From NCBI GenBank assembly GCA_023424395.1, contig JAFADY010000037.1, positions 1,647-65,646 on the forward strand: a stretch of DNA of 64,000 nt, in the 5' to 3' direction. This DNA is from Bacteroidota bacterium. Its GTDB lineage: Bacteria; Bacteroidota; Bacteroidia; Bacteroidales; Dysgonomonadaceae. The translations under genes and the position numbers were made by a program. The notes under the pieces were generated by a model. It did no database searches and was not told where the DNA came from. It was given only the letters and a program-made list of their open reading frames with translations. Positions 38,854 to 47,774 of the stretch are shown here, piece after piece. Each line of letters begins with the position of its first letter. The stretch's first letter is position 1.

Positions 38854-40097
38854 TGCACCACCTTTAATTTTTCTTCCGGCACATGTTTGTATTTAAAGAA
38901 AACCGCGAAGAATATGGCCACTACCAACGCGTAAGCGGCAAAAACGTACCACGAATTAGGCCAACCTATCATATCCACTACCTTGCCTGCGGCATACGAT
39001 CCGACAAACGCGCCGAAACCGTTGGTCATGATCATAAACACGCCTTGCGCGCTGGATCGGATGGCTTTATCGGTTTCTTTTTCCACGAAAAGCGCGCCCG
39101 ATATATTGAAAAAATCGAACGCCACGCCATACACCAGCATGGAGAGGATAAGCATCCACACGCCGTCGCCCGGGTCGCCCGCGCCCAACAGGGCGAAACG
39201 TATCACCCACGCCACCATACTGATGAGCATCACGGTTTTGATGCCGTATCGTTTTAAGAAAAACGGAATGAGCAGAATACAAAGTGTTTCGGACATTTGA
39301 GAAAGAGAGATAAGGATATTGGCATTTTCTACGCCAAAGGTGCCTGCGTATTGCGGCATATTGCCGAAGTGATTGGTTAAATAATCGTTGGCAAAAGCGT
39401 TGGTTATTTGCAACGCAACGCCCAATAACATGGAAAAAATAAAAAAGACAGCCATTTTACGCTCTTTAAAAAGGGCAAAAGCGCGTAATCCCATTTTATC
39501 GATAAACGAAGTTTTATCGGCAGCACGGTTTACCGGACAATGGGGTAAGGTGAAAGCATATATCCCCAAAATTAAAGAGAGAAACGCGGAAAAATAAAGT
39601 TGATAGGAGGTTTTGGAAAATTGCAGCCCTTCAATGCGCAGCAAATCCACCGCGATCATGGATGCGATGAAACCTACGGTTCCCCACACCCGGATGGGCG
39701 GGAAAGATTTTACCGTATCGTATCCCTTCATGGATAATGAGGTAAATGCAACGGAATTAGACAAAGCAATGGTGGGCATGTAAAACATAACAGCCAATAG
39801 CACATAAGTGTACAATGTTGCATACTCTGTTTGCGGCGCGGCGAGAAACAAAAATAATCCGCCCAGCAAATGGCAGATACCTAACAGCCTTTGCGCCGGT
39901 ATCCACTTATCGGCAATGACGCCCATGATGCCGGGCATAAAAAGCGATGCTATGCCCATGGTTGCGAAGAAACTTCCGATTTGCACTCCCGAAAACCGGA
40001 GTCCGCCGCCTAAATAAGCGCCCAACGAAATAAGCCATGCTCCCCAAATGGCATATTGGAGAAAATTCATGACGATTAACCTGATCTTGATGTTCAT
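38850..40097 (-). CDS. nucleoside permease (NupG/XapB-type MFS transporter)
   Basis: MNIKIRLIVMNFLQYAIWGAWLISLGAYLG is the typical nucleoside:H+ symporter N-terminus. Twelve TM segments. Confidence 0.8.
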   Translation of the reverse strand: MNIKIRLIVMNFLQYAIWGAWLISLGAYLGGGLRFSGVQIGSFFATMGIASLFMPGIMGVIADKWIPAQRLLGICHLLGGLFLFLAAPQTEYATLYTYVLLAVMFYMPTIALSNSVAFTSLSMKGYDTVKSFPPIRVWGTVGFIASMIAVDLLRIEGLQFSKTSYQLYFSAFLSLILGIYAFTLPHCPVNRAADKTSFIDKMGLRAFALFKERKMAVFFIFSMLLGVALQITNAFANDYLTNHFGNMPQYAGTFGVENANILISLSQMSETLCILLIPFFLKRYGIKTVMLISMVAWVIRFALLGAGDPGDGVWMLILSMLVYGVAFDFFNISGALFVEKETDKAIRSSAQGVFMIMTNGFGAFVGSYAAGKVVDMIGWPNSWYVFAAYALVVAIFFAVFFKYKHVPEEKLKVVH

Positions 40098-40115
40098 TTT
40101 TTTAGATTTATATGT

Positions 40116-40175
40116 GTTATGAGTTATGGGGTATGAGTTATGAGTTATGAGTTATGGGGTATGGGTTATGAGTTA
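40116..40175. repeat. 8-bp tandem repeat (GTTATGAG / GTTATGGG, about 7 units)
   Basis: GTTATGAGTTATGGGGTATGAGTTATGAGTTATGAGTTATGGGGTATGGGTTATGAGTTA. It lies between the permease start and the M23 gene stop. Confidence 0.9.
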
Positions 40176-40186
40176 AAGTCTTAAAA

Positions 40187-41596
40187 TTACCGTCTAAGCC
40201 ACGGCGTAGGGTTTAATTTCGCGGTTTTTTGCCACAATTGAAAGTGCATTTTTGCAATGCCTGTATCGGGGTCGGTGTAAATTCTTCCGATAGACTGCCC
40301 GGTTTTTACTTTGTCGCCTTGTTTTACGTAAAGGTCGTATATATTCGCGTAAAAAGTATAATAATCGCCGTGTCGCACAATTACGCAGGTATTCGATCCG
40401 GGAAAAGAGAAAACCTTGGAAACTTCGCCATCGAAAACCGACCTGATGTCGGCATTCCTTTGCGCTTGAATATCGATGCCGTTGCTGTTGGTAGAGATAT
40501 TCCAATCGCTGTGTTTATTGATTCCGAAATTGGTAACAATGGAAGACGCTCCGGTAACGGGCATGGGCAATTTGCCTTTGTTGGCCGAGAAATTCTTAGA
40601 GAGGTTGAATGATTCACTCGATGCGGTTGATGCAGCGGTTTCGATTTTCGGTTCCGCGGTTTTTGGCGCTGTCCTTGGCTCTACCCGCGCAATTTCTTCT
40701 TCTCTTTTCTCGGGAGCGGTTTCTTTTTTCGCGGTTTCTCTTTTAGCAGTTTCGGTACGTTTCCGACGCGCTTCTTCTTCGCGGCGTGCAATCGCGGCTG
40801 CCTCTTCGGCTTTTCTGCGCCTTTCCGCTTCCGCCGCAAGGCGGCGAGCTTCGGCCTCTCGCTCCTGACGGGCGACTTCTTCGGCAATGAGTTTCTCTAT
40901 CTGGGCATCGAGACGTCGGGCTTGCTGTTGTTTATCCTGAAGCGTTTTCTGTAACTCCTGTTGCTTTCCGCGGGCTTCGGCCATTTCGGTTTGTCGGGTG
41001 CTTTCTTCTTGTTGCAACTTTTTTTGTTCCGCTTCTACAGCTAAAAGGGTTTTTTGTTTTTCGCTTTTCGACTTTTGTAGCGCTTCTTTTTTAACCGATA
41101 ATTCCGCGTTTTTTATCTTTATCTCTTCGGCTTGGTTTTTTCGCCATTTGGAATAATCTTTCAGGTATTGCATCCGTCTTAACGATTCGCCCAAAGATTT
41201 TCCGGAAAGAATAAAGAACAGATTGTTTTGTCCCTGCCGGTTCAATTGCATGGTTTTTATGGCGTTGGCGTATCTTTCTTGCTTTTGTTTCAGGTCTTTA
41301 TTGAGGCGTTGTATTTCTTCTTCCAATTGCGATTGCTGTCTTTCCAACGCGGTAATTTCCTGACGTTGCAGAGAGATCATCTCTTTACGCGACGCTATTT
41401 GTTTGTTGATGAGATTGATACGCTCAAGTATAGTTGTGGTGTGCTTTTTGACATCCAGAAAGAGCTTATTGGTATTTCTGATCTCTTCTTGAAGCGCTTG
41501 CTGTTGTCTCTGCAAATTATCTATCTGTTTGGTTTGCGAGCGAACGGACAAGAAAACCGACAAAAAAAGAAATATGTACAGAATCTTTTGCATCAA
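40187..41596 (-). CDS. EnvC-like murein hydrolase activator (long coiled coil plus LytM/M23 domain, apparently degenerate)
   Basis: Signal peptide, about 300 aa of Q/E/K/R-rich coiled coil, and a C-terminal LytM-like domain (IVRHGDYYTFYANI...GQSIG...MHFQLW). By eye, the canonical HxxxD and HxH metal ligands are not both present. Confidence 0.75.
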   Translation of the reverse strand: MMQKILYIFLFLSVFLSVRSQTKQIDNLQRQQQALQEEIRNTNKLFLDVKKHTTTILERINLINKQIASRKEMISLQRQEITALERQQSQLEEEIQRLNKDLKQKQERYANAIKTMQLNRQGQNNLFFILSGKSLGESLRRMQYLKDYSKWRKNQAEEIKIKNAELSVKKEALQKSKSEKQKTLLAVEAEQKKLQQEESTRQTEMAEARGKQQELQKTLQDKQQQARRLDAQIEKLIAEEVARQEREAEARRLAAEAERRRKAEEAAAIARREEEARRKRTETAKRETAKKETAPEKREEEIARVEPRTAPKTAEPKIETAASTASSESFNLSKNFSANKGKLPMPVTGASSIVTNFGINKHSDWNISTNSNGIDIQAQRNADIRSVFDGEVSKVFSFPGSNTCVIVRHGDYYTFYANIYDLYVKQGDKVKTGQSIGRIYTDPDTGIAKMHFQLWQKTAKLNPTPWLRR

Positions 41597-42441
41597 TTGG
41601 CGGTTAAGATTTTTAATATATCCGCAACAGATGCTTTTGTATAGCCGCTCGGAACAGCTATACCGAGCTGGAAGTTCTCATCCGCCTGAATATCCGAAAA
41701 ATTAAAACCGATATTTAATTTCCTGCGGGGAGATTCTACGTTCACGTCCATTCGCGAGGGATAAGTTTGATGGCCAACCACCGCAAAATCGGCATATTGC
41801 CATTGCAATGAATATTTTTTTTTCGGCTCCAGCAAATGTGTAAAAGCTACCCTATCGCTGCCGTCTATGGTAAAAGTATATTCTATGGCGGATTCTCTAT
41901 CGGTTGCTTTCAGCAAATAATGCATATCCGATGCCTTTTCTATCTGGAAATTTCTGTAATCGGTATCTTCTACTTGATTTTTACCGGCAACAAAAACGTG
42001 ATTGGAAAAAAGCGCTTGCAGCGTTTCAAAATCGAAACCAACGGGATAACTTTTCTTCACATCGTCGATGGCTTCCTGCACATATCGTTTATTCATGCGG
42101 TCTAACAAGACCAATGTATCGGGTGTTACGTGCAGCCTGAACATTTCTACGCCAAATAAGGGCTGTATAGAAATCTGGATGGCTTTATCTTTCTCTATTT
42201 TCAGGTTGGCTTTGGAGCTGAGCGATCTGGTGCCGGTAGCCAAACTCATATTAAATCGGGACGACAATGTATTGTATCTGAATTCATTGTTGAGTATATC
42301 GGTAAAGACTTCCCTGTTTTCCTTTTCCTCAACCGGACTCACCGAATACACAATCTGTTTTTTGGATTTGCAAGCATGAAAGCCGAAAACTATCGTTCCC
42401 GCAAAGAATATAAAGATTATTTTTTTATAAAGTGATTTCAT
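41593..42441 (-). CDS. DUF4292-like (LolB-fold) lipoprotein
   Basis: Lipobox FHAC. Its position between the TPR protein and the M23 protein, with 4-nt overlaps on both sides, matches the conserved Bacteroidota cluster. Confidence 0.6.
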   Translation of the reverse strand: MKSLYKKIIFIFFAGTIVFGFHACKSKKQIVYSVSPVEEKENREVFTDILNNEFRYNTLSSRFNMSLATGTRSLSSKANLKIEKDKAIQISIQPLFGVEMFRLHVTPDTLVLLDRMNKRYVQEAIDDVKKSYPVGFDFETLQALFSNHVFVAGKNQVEDTDYRNFQIEKASDMHYLLKATDRESAIEYTFTIDGSDRVAFTHLLEPKKKYSLQWQYADFAVVGHQTYPSRMDVNVESPRRKLNIGFNFSDIQADENFQLGIAVPSGYTKASVADILKILTAN

Positions 42442-44183
42442 TCTTCAATGTATTGTTGTTTTGCAATTTTTTCATCCAATGTTTTAGAATCGCTGCCCAA
42501 TTCTTTGGCTTTTTGCCATTGTTCTACGGCTTTTTCCGTTTCGCCGGTAACGGCAAGCACATCGCCGTAGTGTTCGTGAATCTCTGCCGAAGGCTGTTTT
42601 TCGCTGTGTTGTACGGCATTCTGGATATAGATCTTTGCCATTACATACGCGCCTTGTTTAAAAAGCACCCAGCCGTAAGTATCCAAATAAGTGGGGTTGG
42701 TAGGCTCTGCTTTAATGGTGATGCCGCTCATTTGTTCGGCTTTGGCCAGGTTTTCGTTTTCCAACGACAGGTAATAACTGTAATTGTTGAGTACGGGCAA
42801 ATTTTGCGGATTGATCGCCAAAGATTTGTCGTAATTCTCAAAGGCCAATTTCCGGTTACCCAGTTGATAATAAAGATCGCCTATTTGTCCGTAAAAATCC
42901 GCTTCAACCAACGGGCTGAGCATGGTGGATTTCTCCAAACCTTCCCGGAAGATTTTCAATGCTTCTTCATATTTTCCTTGCTGGTATTTAGCGCCTCCGT
43001 AATAAAAATAAAACTGCGGCGCTTCGGGAATATTTTTCAGGGCATCGCCGGTAATTTCTATAACTTTATTTAGACTGTCGGGTAACGCAATGCGAAGCAT
43101 TTGCTCATACCCGATTGGGTTTGTAGGGTTGGCTTTGGTGTAAATATCGAACTGTTCCAAGGCTGCATCTTTATCGTTTTGCAGAAGCAGGATATTGCCG
43201 AAAAGCAAGTTAAGTTCGGTGTTATTCGGGTACTGCTCGAAGAGCGTTTGGAACAGCGGATTTGCTACTTTTGTATCTTGTTGGTTTTGCTGAAGTATGC
43301 CGATATATCGGGAAAGAAGTTGCATTTTCATTTCAACTTCCATTTTCGAGTTCAGGATGGCTTTGGTCAGTTCCGCTTCGGCGGCTTGTTTATTTCCGGT
43401 TTTTTCGTAATAATTCACCATCGACAAAATCAGCGGCGGATATTCGGAATCCAAGGCGCGAGCCTTATTATAGAAATTAAGGGCCTTTTTAGGCTGATCG
43501 TCTTGCAGATACAGGTCGCCCATTAAAATTAAGTATCTCGGATCGGTGGGATTCTTGTCGATAATTTGCTGCACTTCTTCAAAAGCACGATTTTTTTTGC
43601 CCATCATGCTGTAAATCTGAAACTTGTTTAGAGTAACGGCATCGTTTAATCCCACAATTTCTTCGAGCCTATCCAGGGTATTAACCGCTTTTTCTAACTC
43701 TCCGTTACCCGAGTATGCATTTGCCAACTCAAAATAGAGTTCCGATCTATCCGGATAAACATCCAGCATATTCTCATAAATATCCACCACATCTTGCTTT
43801 CTGTCTAATTCCTTACTCAATCCGGCAAGTATCATGTTGTAATAATAATTCTCGGGATCGTACTTTACCGATTTTTGAAAAAGGTCCAAAGCAACGGTTT
43901 TTTCATCGAGAGAACTGTAATATGCGCCAAGCTCAACCAAAACATTGGCATTGGTTGAGTCTATTGCGTAGCAATGCTGAAGAAAATCGAAAGCTTCATC
44001 GAATTTATTTTGTGTTTTGGCATTCATGGCTTCGTAGAAATAATAATCGAATTTTCTACGGTCGGCGTCATCCAATACCAATCCTTTTTCCGTATTTATT
44101 TGGGAACAAACGTCTAAGGAAAACACAGAAAATAAAAGGATCAATATGCCGTGAAAAGCAACGTTTTTTATATTGTAATTCAT
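42438..44183 (-). CDS. tetratricopeptide repeat protein
   Basis: Signal peptide plus many 34-aa TPR-like units (A..Y/F...G....A...). Lies downstream of dut. Confidence 0.85.
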   Translation of the reverse strand: MNYNIKNVAFHGILILLFSVFSLDVCSQINTEKGLVLDDADRRKFDYYFYEAMNAKTQNKFDEAFDFLQHCYAIDSTNANVLVELGAYYSSLDEKTVALDLFQKSVKYDPENYYYNMILAGLSKELDRKQDVVDIYENMLDVYPDRSELYFELANAYSGNGELEKAVNTLDRLEEIVGLNDAVTLNKFQIYSMMGKKNRAFEEVQQIIDKNPTDPRYLILMGDLYLQDDQPKKALNFYNKARALDSEYPPLILSMVNYYEKTGNKQAAEAELTKAILNSKMEVEMKMQLLSRYIGILQQNQQDTKVANPLFQTLFEQYPNNTELNLLFGNILLLQNDKDAALEQFDIYTKANPTNPIGYEQMLRIALPDSLNKVIEITGDALKNIPEAPQFYFYYGGAKYQQGKYEEALKIFREGLEKSTMLSPLVEADFYGQIGDLYYQLGNRKLAFENYDKSLAINPQNLPVLNNYSYYLSLENENLAKAEQMSGITIKAEPTNPTYLDTYGWVLFKQGAYVMAKIYIQNAVQHSEKQPSAEIHEHYGDVLAVTGETEKAVEQWQKAKELGSDSKTLDEKIAKQQYIEE

Positions 44184-44199
44184 TCTTTATTTGTGAGAT

Positions 44200-44634
44200 T
44201 TATAATTTTCCGGTATGGCCGAAACCGCCCGCGCCTCTTTCCGAATCATCCAATTCATCTACTTCATTCCATTGAATATGTGCGTGTTGGGCAATTACCA
44301 TTTGGCAAATCCTTTCTCCGTCGTTAATGATAAAATCTTCGTTAGAGAGATTGACCAATATAACCCTAATCTCACCTCTATAATCGGCATCGATTGTTCC
44401 CGGAGAATTTACGATAGAAATTCCGTGTTTAACAGCCAATCCGCTTCGCGGGCGTATTTGCGCTTCGTAACCTTCGGGTAGCTGAATATAAATTCCTGTA
44501 GGCACAAGCGCTCTTTGCAACGGCATAAGCGTAACGGGCTCATCCAGATCGGCACGCAAATCCATTCCGGCGGAATAGGGCGTAGCGTATTGCGGCAACT
44601 GATGTTTCGATTTGTTTACTATCTTAACTTGCAT
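44200..44634 (-). CDS. dut: dUTP diphosphatase
   Basis: [27 protein letters not shown] and GERICQ motifs. Confidence 0.95.
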   Translation of the reverse strand: MQVKIVNKSKHQLPQYATPYSAGMDLRADLDEPVTLMPLQRALVPTGIYIQLPEGYEAQIRPRSGLAVKHGISIVNSPGTIDADYRGEIRVILVNLSNEDFIINDGERICQMVIAQHAHIQWNEVDELDDSERGAGGFGHTGKL

Positions 44635-44789
44635 GTGAGAATTTCAAGATTATAAGACGGAAAAATGACTTGTTTGTTTAAATGTGCGAATTTAAACAAT
44701 TCCAAGCAATTATTGACGAAATTGATATAATTTAAGGAAATTATCGTTGGGATTTTTTTTGAGAGATTAGATAAAACGCAAAAATTGCA

Positions 44790-44797
44790 TATCTTTG
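44790..44797 (+). promoter_or_regulatory. -7 promoter box (TATCTTTG) only 7 nt upstream of the ATG at 44805
   Basis: GCATATCTTTGCGTAACTATGAGC. The spacing implies a leaderless or near-leaderless mRNA if this start is used. Confidence 0.45.
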
Positions 44798-44804
44798 CGT
44801 AACT

Positions 44805-45533
44805 ATGAGCGAACAAGACGACCTTTTAAAAAAATTACGCGAAACTATTACCGAACAAGGAATTGACTCGTTTCACATCCTCGAAGACCTGGTGCCGATA
44901 GAAGAACAAATGGAATATTTTAAGTTTTTCGAAAAGCTAAGGAGAGAAAATGAGCCTTTTCGGCGGGACGAAGAGGTCGCTGTGCTTTTTTCGCCCGATG
45001 AACCGATCGATCGTAAAAAACGAAGTTTATCGTTACTGGCTTCCATCCCCGATGTGAGCGCCTATCGTTCTATCGAAACTTATCACAGCAGTCCGTTGGA
45101 GCCGGAATTATCCAACTGGTCGTCAATGGCTTTGGTAAGCAGCCGCATTATTTTAAGCTCCGATCTATCGGGACAACAACAAATTTATGTTTCCTCGGGA
45201 TTGGGCGGACACGATAAAAGGCTGCGTTTTTTTGCTCTTTTCACCACGAATAATCGGGGATCGTTAACTGATTTGCAGCGCGAAATAGTGGAACGTGAAT
45301 TTCAATTTCAGTTACAGCAAGCCGAAGTAGAGATCGAGAAATTTGAAATAAAAGACAATTATTTTACTATTCTGATGTTGTTTCCCATTGAAAAAGATGT
45401 GAGAACGAACCTAAACGCCGCCGTGAACGAGTGTAATCAATACGGCAATTTTTTAGACCCACGATTCCTTTTCACCAATGTGAAGATATTAAGTGAAAGC
45501 GAAATAGAAAACTTACTGACGAAGAAAAATTAG
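44805..45533 (+). CDS. hypothetical cytoplasmic protein
   Basis: 242-aa ORF with no TM segment or signal peptide and no motif I recognise. Confidence 0.6.
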   Translation: MSEQDDLLKKLRETITEQGIDSFHILEDLVPIEEQMEYFKFFEKLRRENEPFRRDEEVAVLFSPDEPIDRKKRSLSLLASIPDVSAYRSIETYHSSPLEPELSNWSSMALVSSRIILSSDLSGQQQIYVSSGLGGHDKRLRFFALFTTNNRGSLTDLQREIVEREFQFQLQQAEVEIEKFEIKDNYFTILMLFPIEKDVRTNLNAAVNECNQYGNFLDPRFLFTNVKILSESEIENLLTKKN

Positions 45534-47128
45534 CGTGCGCGTTTCTTGAATACTTTTTTATTTTCTGATTTTCCACCTTCAAATTTTCCTCCGCGTTTCC
45601 CAAACTCTTTCTTTTTAAACTCGCTACGAGGCTTGCGGTCACTATCAAACTTTCGCTCAAAAGGTTTTCGGTCAGAATCTTGTCTTCCGTAAGGAGAATT
45701 TTCTCTTTTCTTAAATTCACGCGGTTTACGATCACCGTCGAAAGGACGCTCTCTACGCGGCTTACGGTCACTGTCAGAAGATCGTTCGCGGGGTTTGAAC
45801 GGACGTTCGTCGCTTCGTTCCCGTTTCGGTAATTCGCGGCGGGGTTTTTCGTCGCGATTAAATTCACGCTTTGGCCTTTCTTCATCTCCTTCCTCGGCAC
45901 GTCTGGAACGACGATAACCTTCTTTGGAATTGCGTTCCAACTGTTCTTTATCCGGGCGGCGACGTTCGGTTTTAGGATGGTCATCGCGTTTTCCTGAAAA
46001 AATTTCGTATTCGCGCATTTCACACTCCAATGCACCGTTGTACAAGAAGAATCGGTTCGATGATTTTAACCCTATTTTATCGAAGCTCTCTTTCTTAAAT
46101 CCCAACACAAAAGCGCGGTATCCGGTAAAAACGTGTTTCAGGCGCTCGCCGATCATTGCGTATAACTCCTCTAAATCTTCCACTTTTATGCGCTCACCGT
46201 AAGGCGGATTGGTCATTAAAACGCCGTTTTCAGCCGGATCTTTAGCGTATTGCTGCATGGGTTTGACGCTTAAATCGATGTATTTTTGAAGTCCGGCATT
46301 TTTGATGTTTTTTTCGGCAATAGCGATCATTTTCGGAGAAATATCGGAACCGATGATGCGATGCGAGAATTCGCGCGATGTGCTGTCGTCGTTATAAATC
46401 TCGCTGAACAAATCGGCATCGAAATCGTTCCATTTTTCAAAAGCAAAATTTTCACGATGAATTCCGGGAGGAATACCCAAGGCAATCATTGCCGCTTCAA
46501 TCAGCAACGTTCCCGAACCGCACATGGGATCGATAAAAACGCTTTCTCCACGCCACCCCGATTTCAAAATCATTCCTGCGGCAAGCACTTCGCTCAACGG
46601 AGCATCGCCTTGCGCCACCCGATAACCGCGCTTGTGCAGTGATTCGCCCGAACTGTCCAAAGCCAGCGTGCATTTATTGTGCGAAATGTGAATATTAAAA
46701 ACCACATCGGGGTTTGTAAGGCTTACCGACGGGCGTTTTTCGTATTTCTCGTTGAACCAGTCGGCAATGGCGTCTTTCACTTTATATGCCACAAACTTGG
46801 AGTGCGTGAAAATATGCGAATATACCACCGCATCGATGGAAAAGGTTTTATCGAGCGACAAATATTCTTCCCAATTCAACTGTTTCAACGCTTCATACAC
46901 CTCATCGGCGGTTTCGGCTTTAAAATTATATATCGGCTTTAAAATTCGCAATGCTGTACGGCAGTGGGTATTAGCTTTATACATCAGCGCTTTATCACCG
47001 GTAAACGATACCATGCGTGTGCCAATTTCCACATCGTCGGCACCCAAATTGGTAAGTTCTTCGGCAAGCACATCTTCGAGTTCCGCCATTGTTTTGGCGA
47101 TAAGCGGGAATTTTTCGGATTGAATCAT
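45530..47128 (-). CDS. THUMP-domain class I SAM-dependent RNA methyltransferase with a long basic repeat tail
   Basis: N-terminal THUMP region, DPMCGSGT SAM motif and the catalytic NPPYGER motif. The last roughly 145 aa are a K/R/E/D-rich tail with reiterated (D)SDRKP units. Confidence 0.85.
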   Translation of the reverse strand: MIQSEKFPLIAKTMAELEDVLAEELTNLGADDVEIGTRMVSFTGDKALMYKANTHCRTALRILKPIYNFKAETADEVYEALKQLNWEEYLSLDKTFSIDAVVYSHIFTHSKFVAYKVKDAIADWFNEKYEKRPSVSLTNPDVVFNIHISHNKCTLALDSSGESLHKRGYRVAQGDAPLSEVLAAGMILKSGWRGESVFIDPMCGSGTLLIEAAMIALGIPPGIHRENFAFEKWNDFDADLFSEIYNDDSTSREFSHRIIGSDISPKMIAIAEKNIKNAGLQKYIDLSVKPMQQYAKDPAENGVLMTNPPYGERIKVEDLEELYAMIGERLKHVFTGYRAFVLGFKKESFDKIGLKSSNRFFLYNGALECEMREYEIFSGKRDDHPKTERRRPDKEQLERNSKEGYRRSRRAEEGDEERPKREFNRDEKPRRELPKRERSDERPFKPRERSSDSDRKPRRERPFDGDRKPREFKKRENSPYGRQDSDRKPFERKFDSDRKPRSEFKKKEFGKRGGKFEGGKSENKKVFKKRAR

Positions 47129-47153
47129 TGTTTGATTTTCAGTAATTAAGGTG

Positions 47154-47161
47154 CAAAGATA
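47154..47161 (-). promoter_or_regulatory. -7 promoter box (TATCTTTG on minus strand) for the THUMP methyltransferase gene
   Basis: Plus-strand CAAAGATA lies 26 nt upstream of the ATG at 47128. Confidence 0.5.
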
Positions 47162-47173
47162 GGGACAATTTGC

Positions 47174-47215
47174 AATTTTGAATTTACGATTTTGGATTTA
47201 CGATTTTGGATTTTT
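47174..47215. repeat. short-period repeat (reverse complement of the AATCGTAAAT/CCAAAAT family)
   Basis: ATTTTGAATTTACGATTTTGGATTTACGATTTTGGATTTTT. Confidence 0.85.
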
Positions 47216-47221
47216 GTCGAT

Positions 47222-47560
47222 TTAACGTATTGAATTCCTCAAACGTTTTGGATTCATTCGGCAATTCCAGATGTGCGTAATATAGATATGTTTGTTTTCC
47301 GCGAAATATACAACCTTAAGCAATCCTTTGGCAACCACCAGCGAGCGATAAACTTTCGACATTCCTTCCAACATAGGTTCAACGGGTGCCATATTCGGAA
47401 AATCAGCCAATCAAACCACTTCATCTAAAATTCCATCGTGCATATCGGCTGCAACCTTTTCGCTTTTCTCGTGATAATAATTGTACAGTTCTTCCAAATC
47501 CTGTCGGGCTTCGGATGACCAGATTATTTTAAAGGGCTTTTTTTCGCTGTATGTTTTCAT
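47222..47560 (-). pseudogene. ParE/RelE-family toxin gene interrupted by an in-frame TGA
   Basis: MKTYSEKKPFKIIWSSEARQDLEELYNYYHEKSEKVAADMHDGILDEVV-TGA(47411-47413)-LADFPNMAPVEPMLEG...VVYFAENKHIYITHIWNCRMNPKRL. Both pieces are in the same frame (339 nt in total). The 5' end overlaps the antitoxin gene's 3' end by 32 nt. Confidence 0.7.
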
Positions 47561-47756
47561 GAGCAATTCCCCCACCTGATGCAAATTCTTTTTCTGCCCT
47601 TAATGCACGGTCACGCAATTCTTCGGGCGTGAAAAGACAAGGTTCGCGGTTGGCTAACTGAACAAAAAAAGTCTCCAAACGAGACAGCATTTGTTCATCA
47701 GTCTCGTCATTTAATATCGCTTTTACAAAGCGGGCTTTTCGTTCAAGTACTGTCAT
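47529..47756 (-). CDS. putative antitoxin of the ParE-like module
   Basis: 75 aa from the internal ATG (MTVLERKARFVKAILNDETDEQML...). It lies immediately upstream of the toxin ORF and overlaps it. Family not recognised. Confidence 0.55.
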   Translation of the reverse strand: MTVLERKARFVKAILNDETDEQMLSRLETFFVQLANREPCLFTPEELRDRALRAEKEFASGGGIAHENIQRKKAL

Positions 47757-47774
47757 AAAATAATTTTTATGGAG

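Noticed and set aside
38793-40175. Possible CRISPR array suggested by the strongly repetitive tracts.
   Set aside because: The repeat period is only 7-8 bp and there are no unique spacers of about 30 bp. No cas genes are present in the window.
40476-40887. Overlapping ORFs (40476-40868 plus strand, 40681-40887 minus strand) within the M23/EnvC-like gene.
   Set aside because: They arise from the low-complexity GAA/GCG-rich coiled-coil coding region (AEEAAAIARREEEARRKR). They are compositional artefacts.
42432-43073. 213-aa plus-strand ORF. Similar long antisense ORFs occur at 20935-21423, 33191-33649, 45472-46035, 48704-49288 and 52265-52762.
   Set aside because: Each lies entirely antisense to, or out of frame within, a confidently identified gene. 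Their composition is odd (F/I/R/C-rich), and none has a signal, a promoter box or a recognisable motif. They are shadow ORFs.
47411-47413. TGA in the ParE gene as a recoded codon (Sec/Trp/Gly) rather than a nonsense mutation.
   Set aside because: uvrA and purF in the same window terminate at TGA, and no SECIS-like hairpin is evident. Standard code 11 is the simplest reading.
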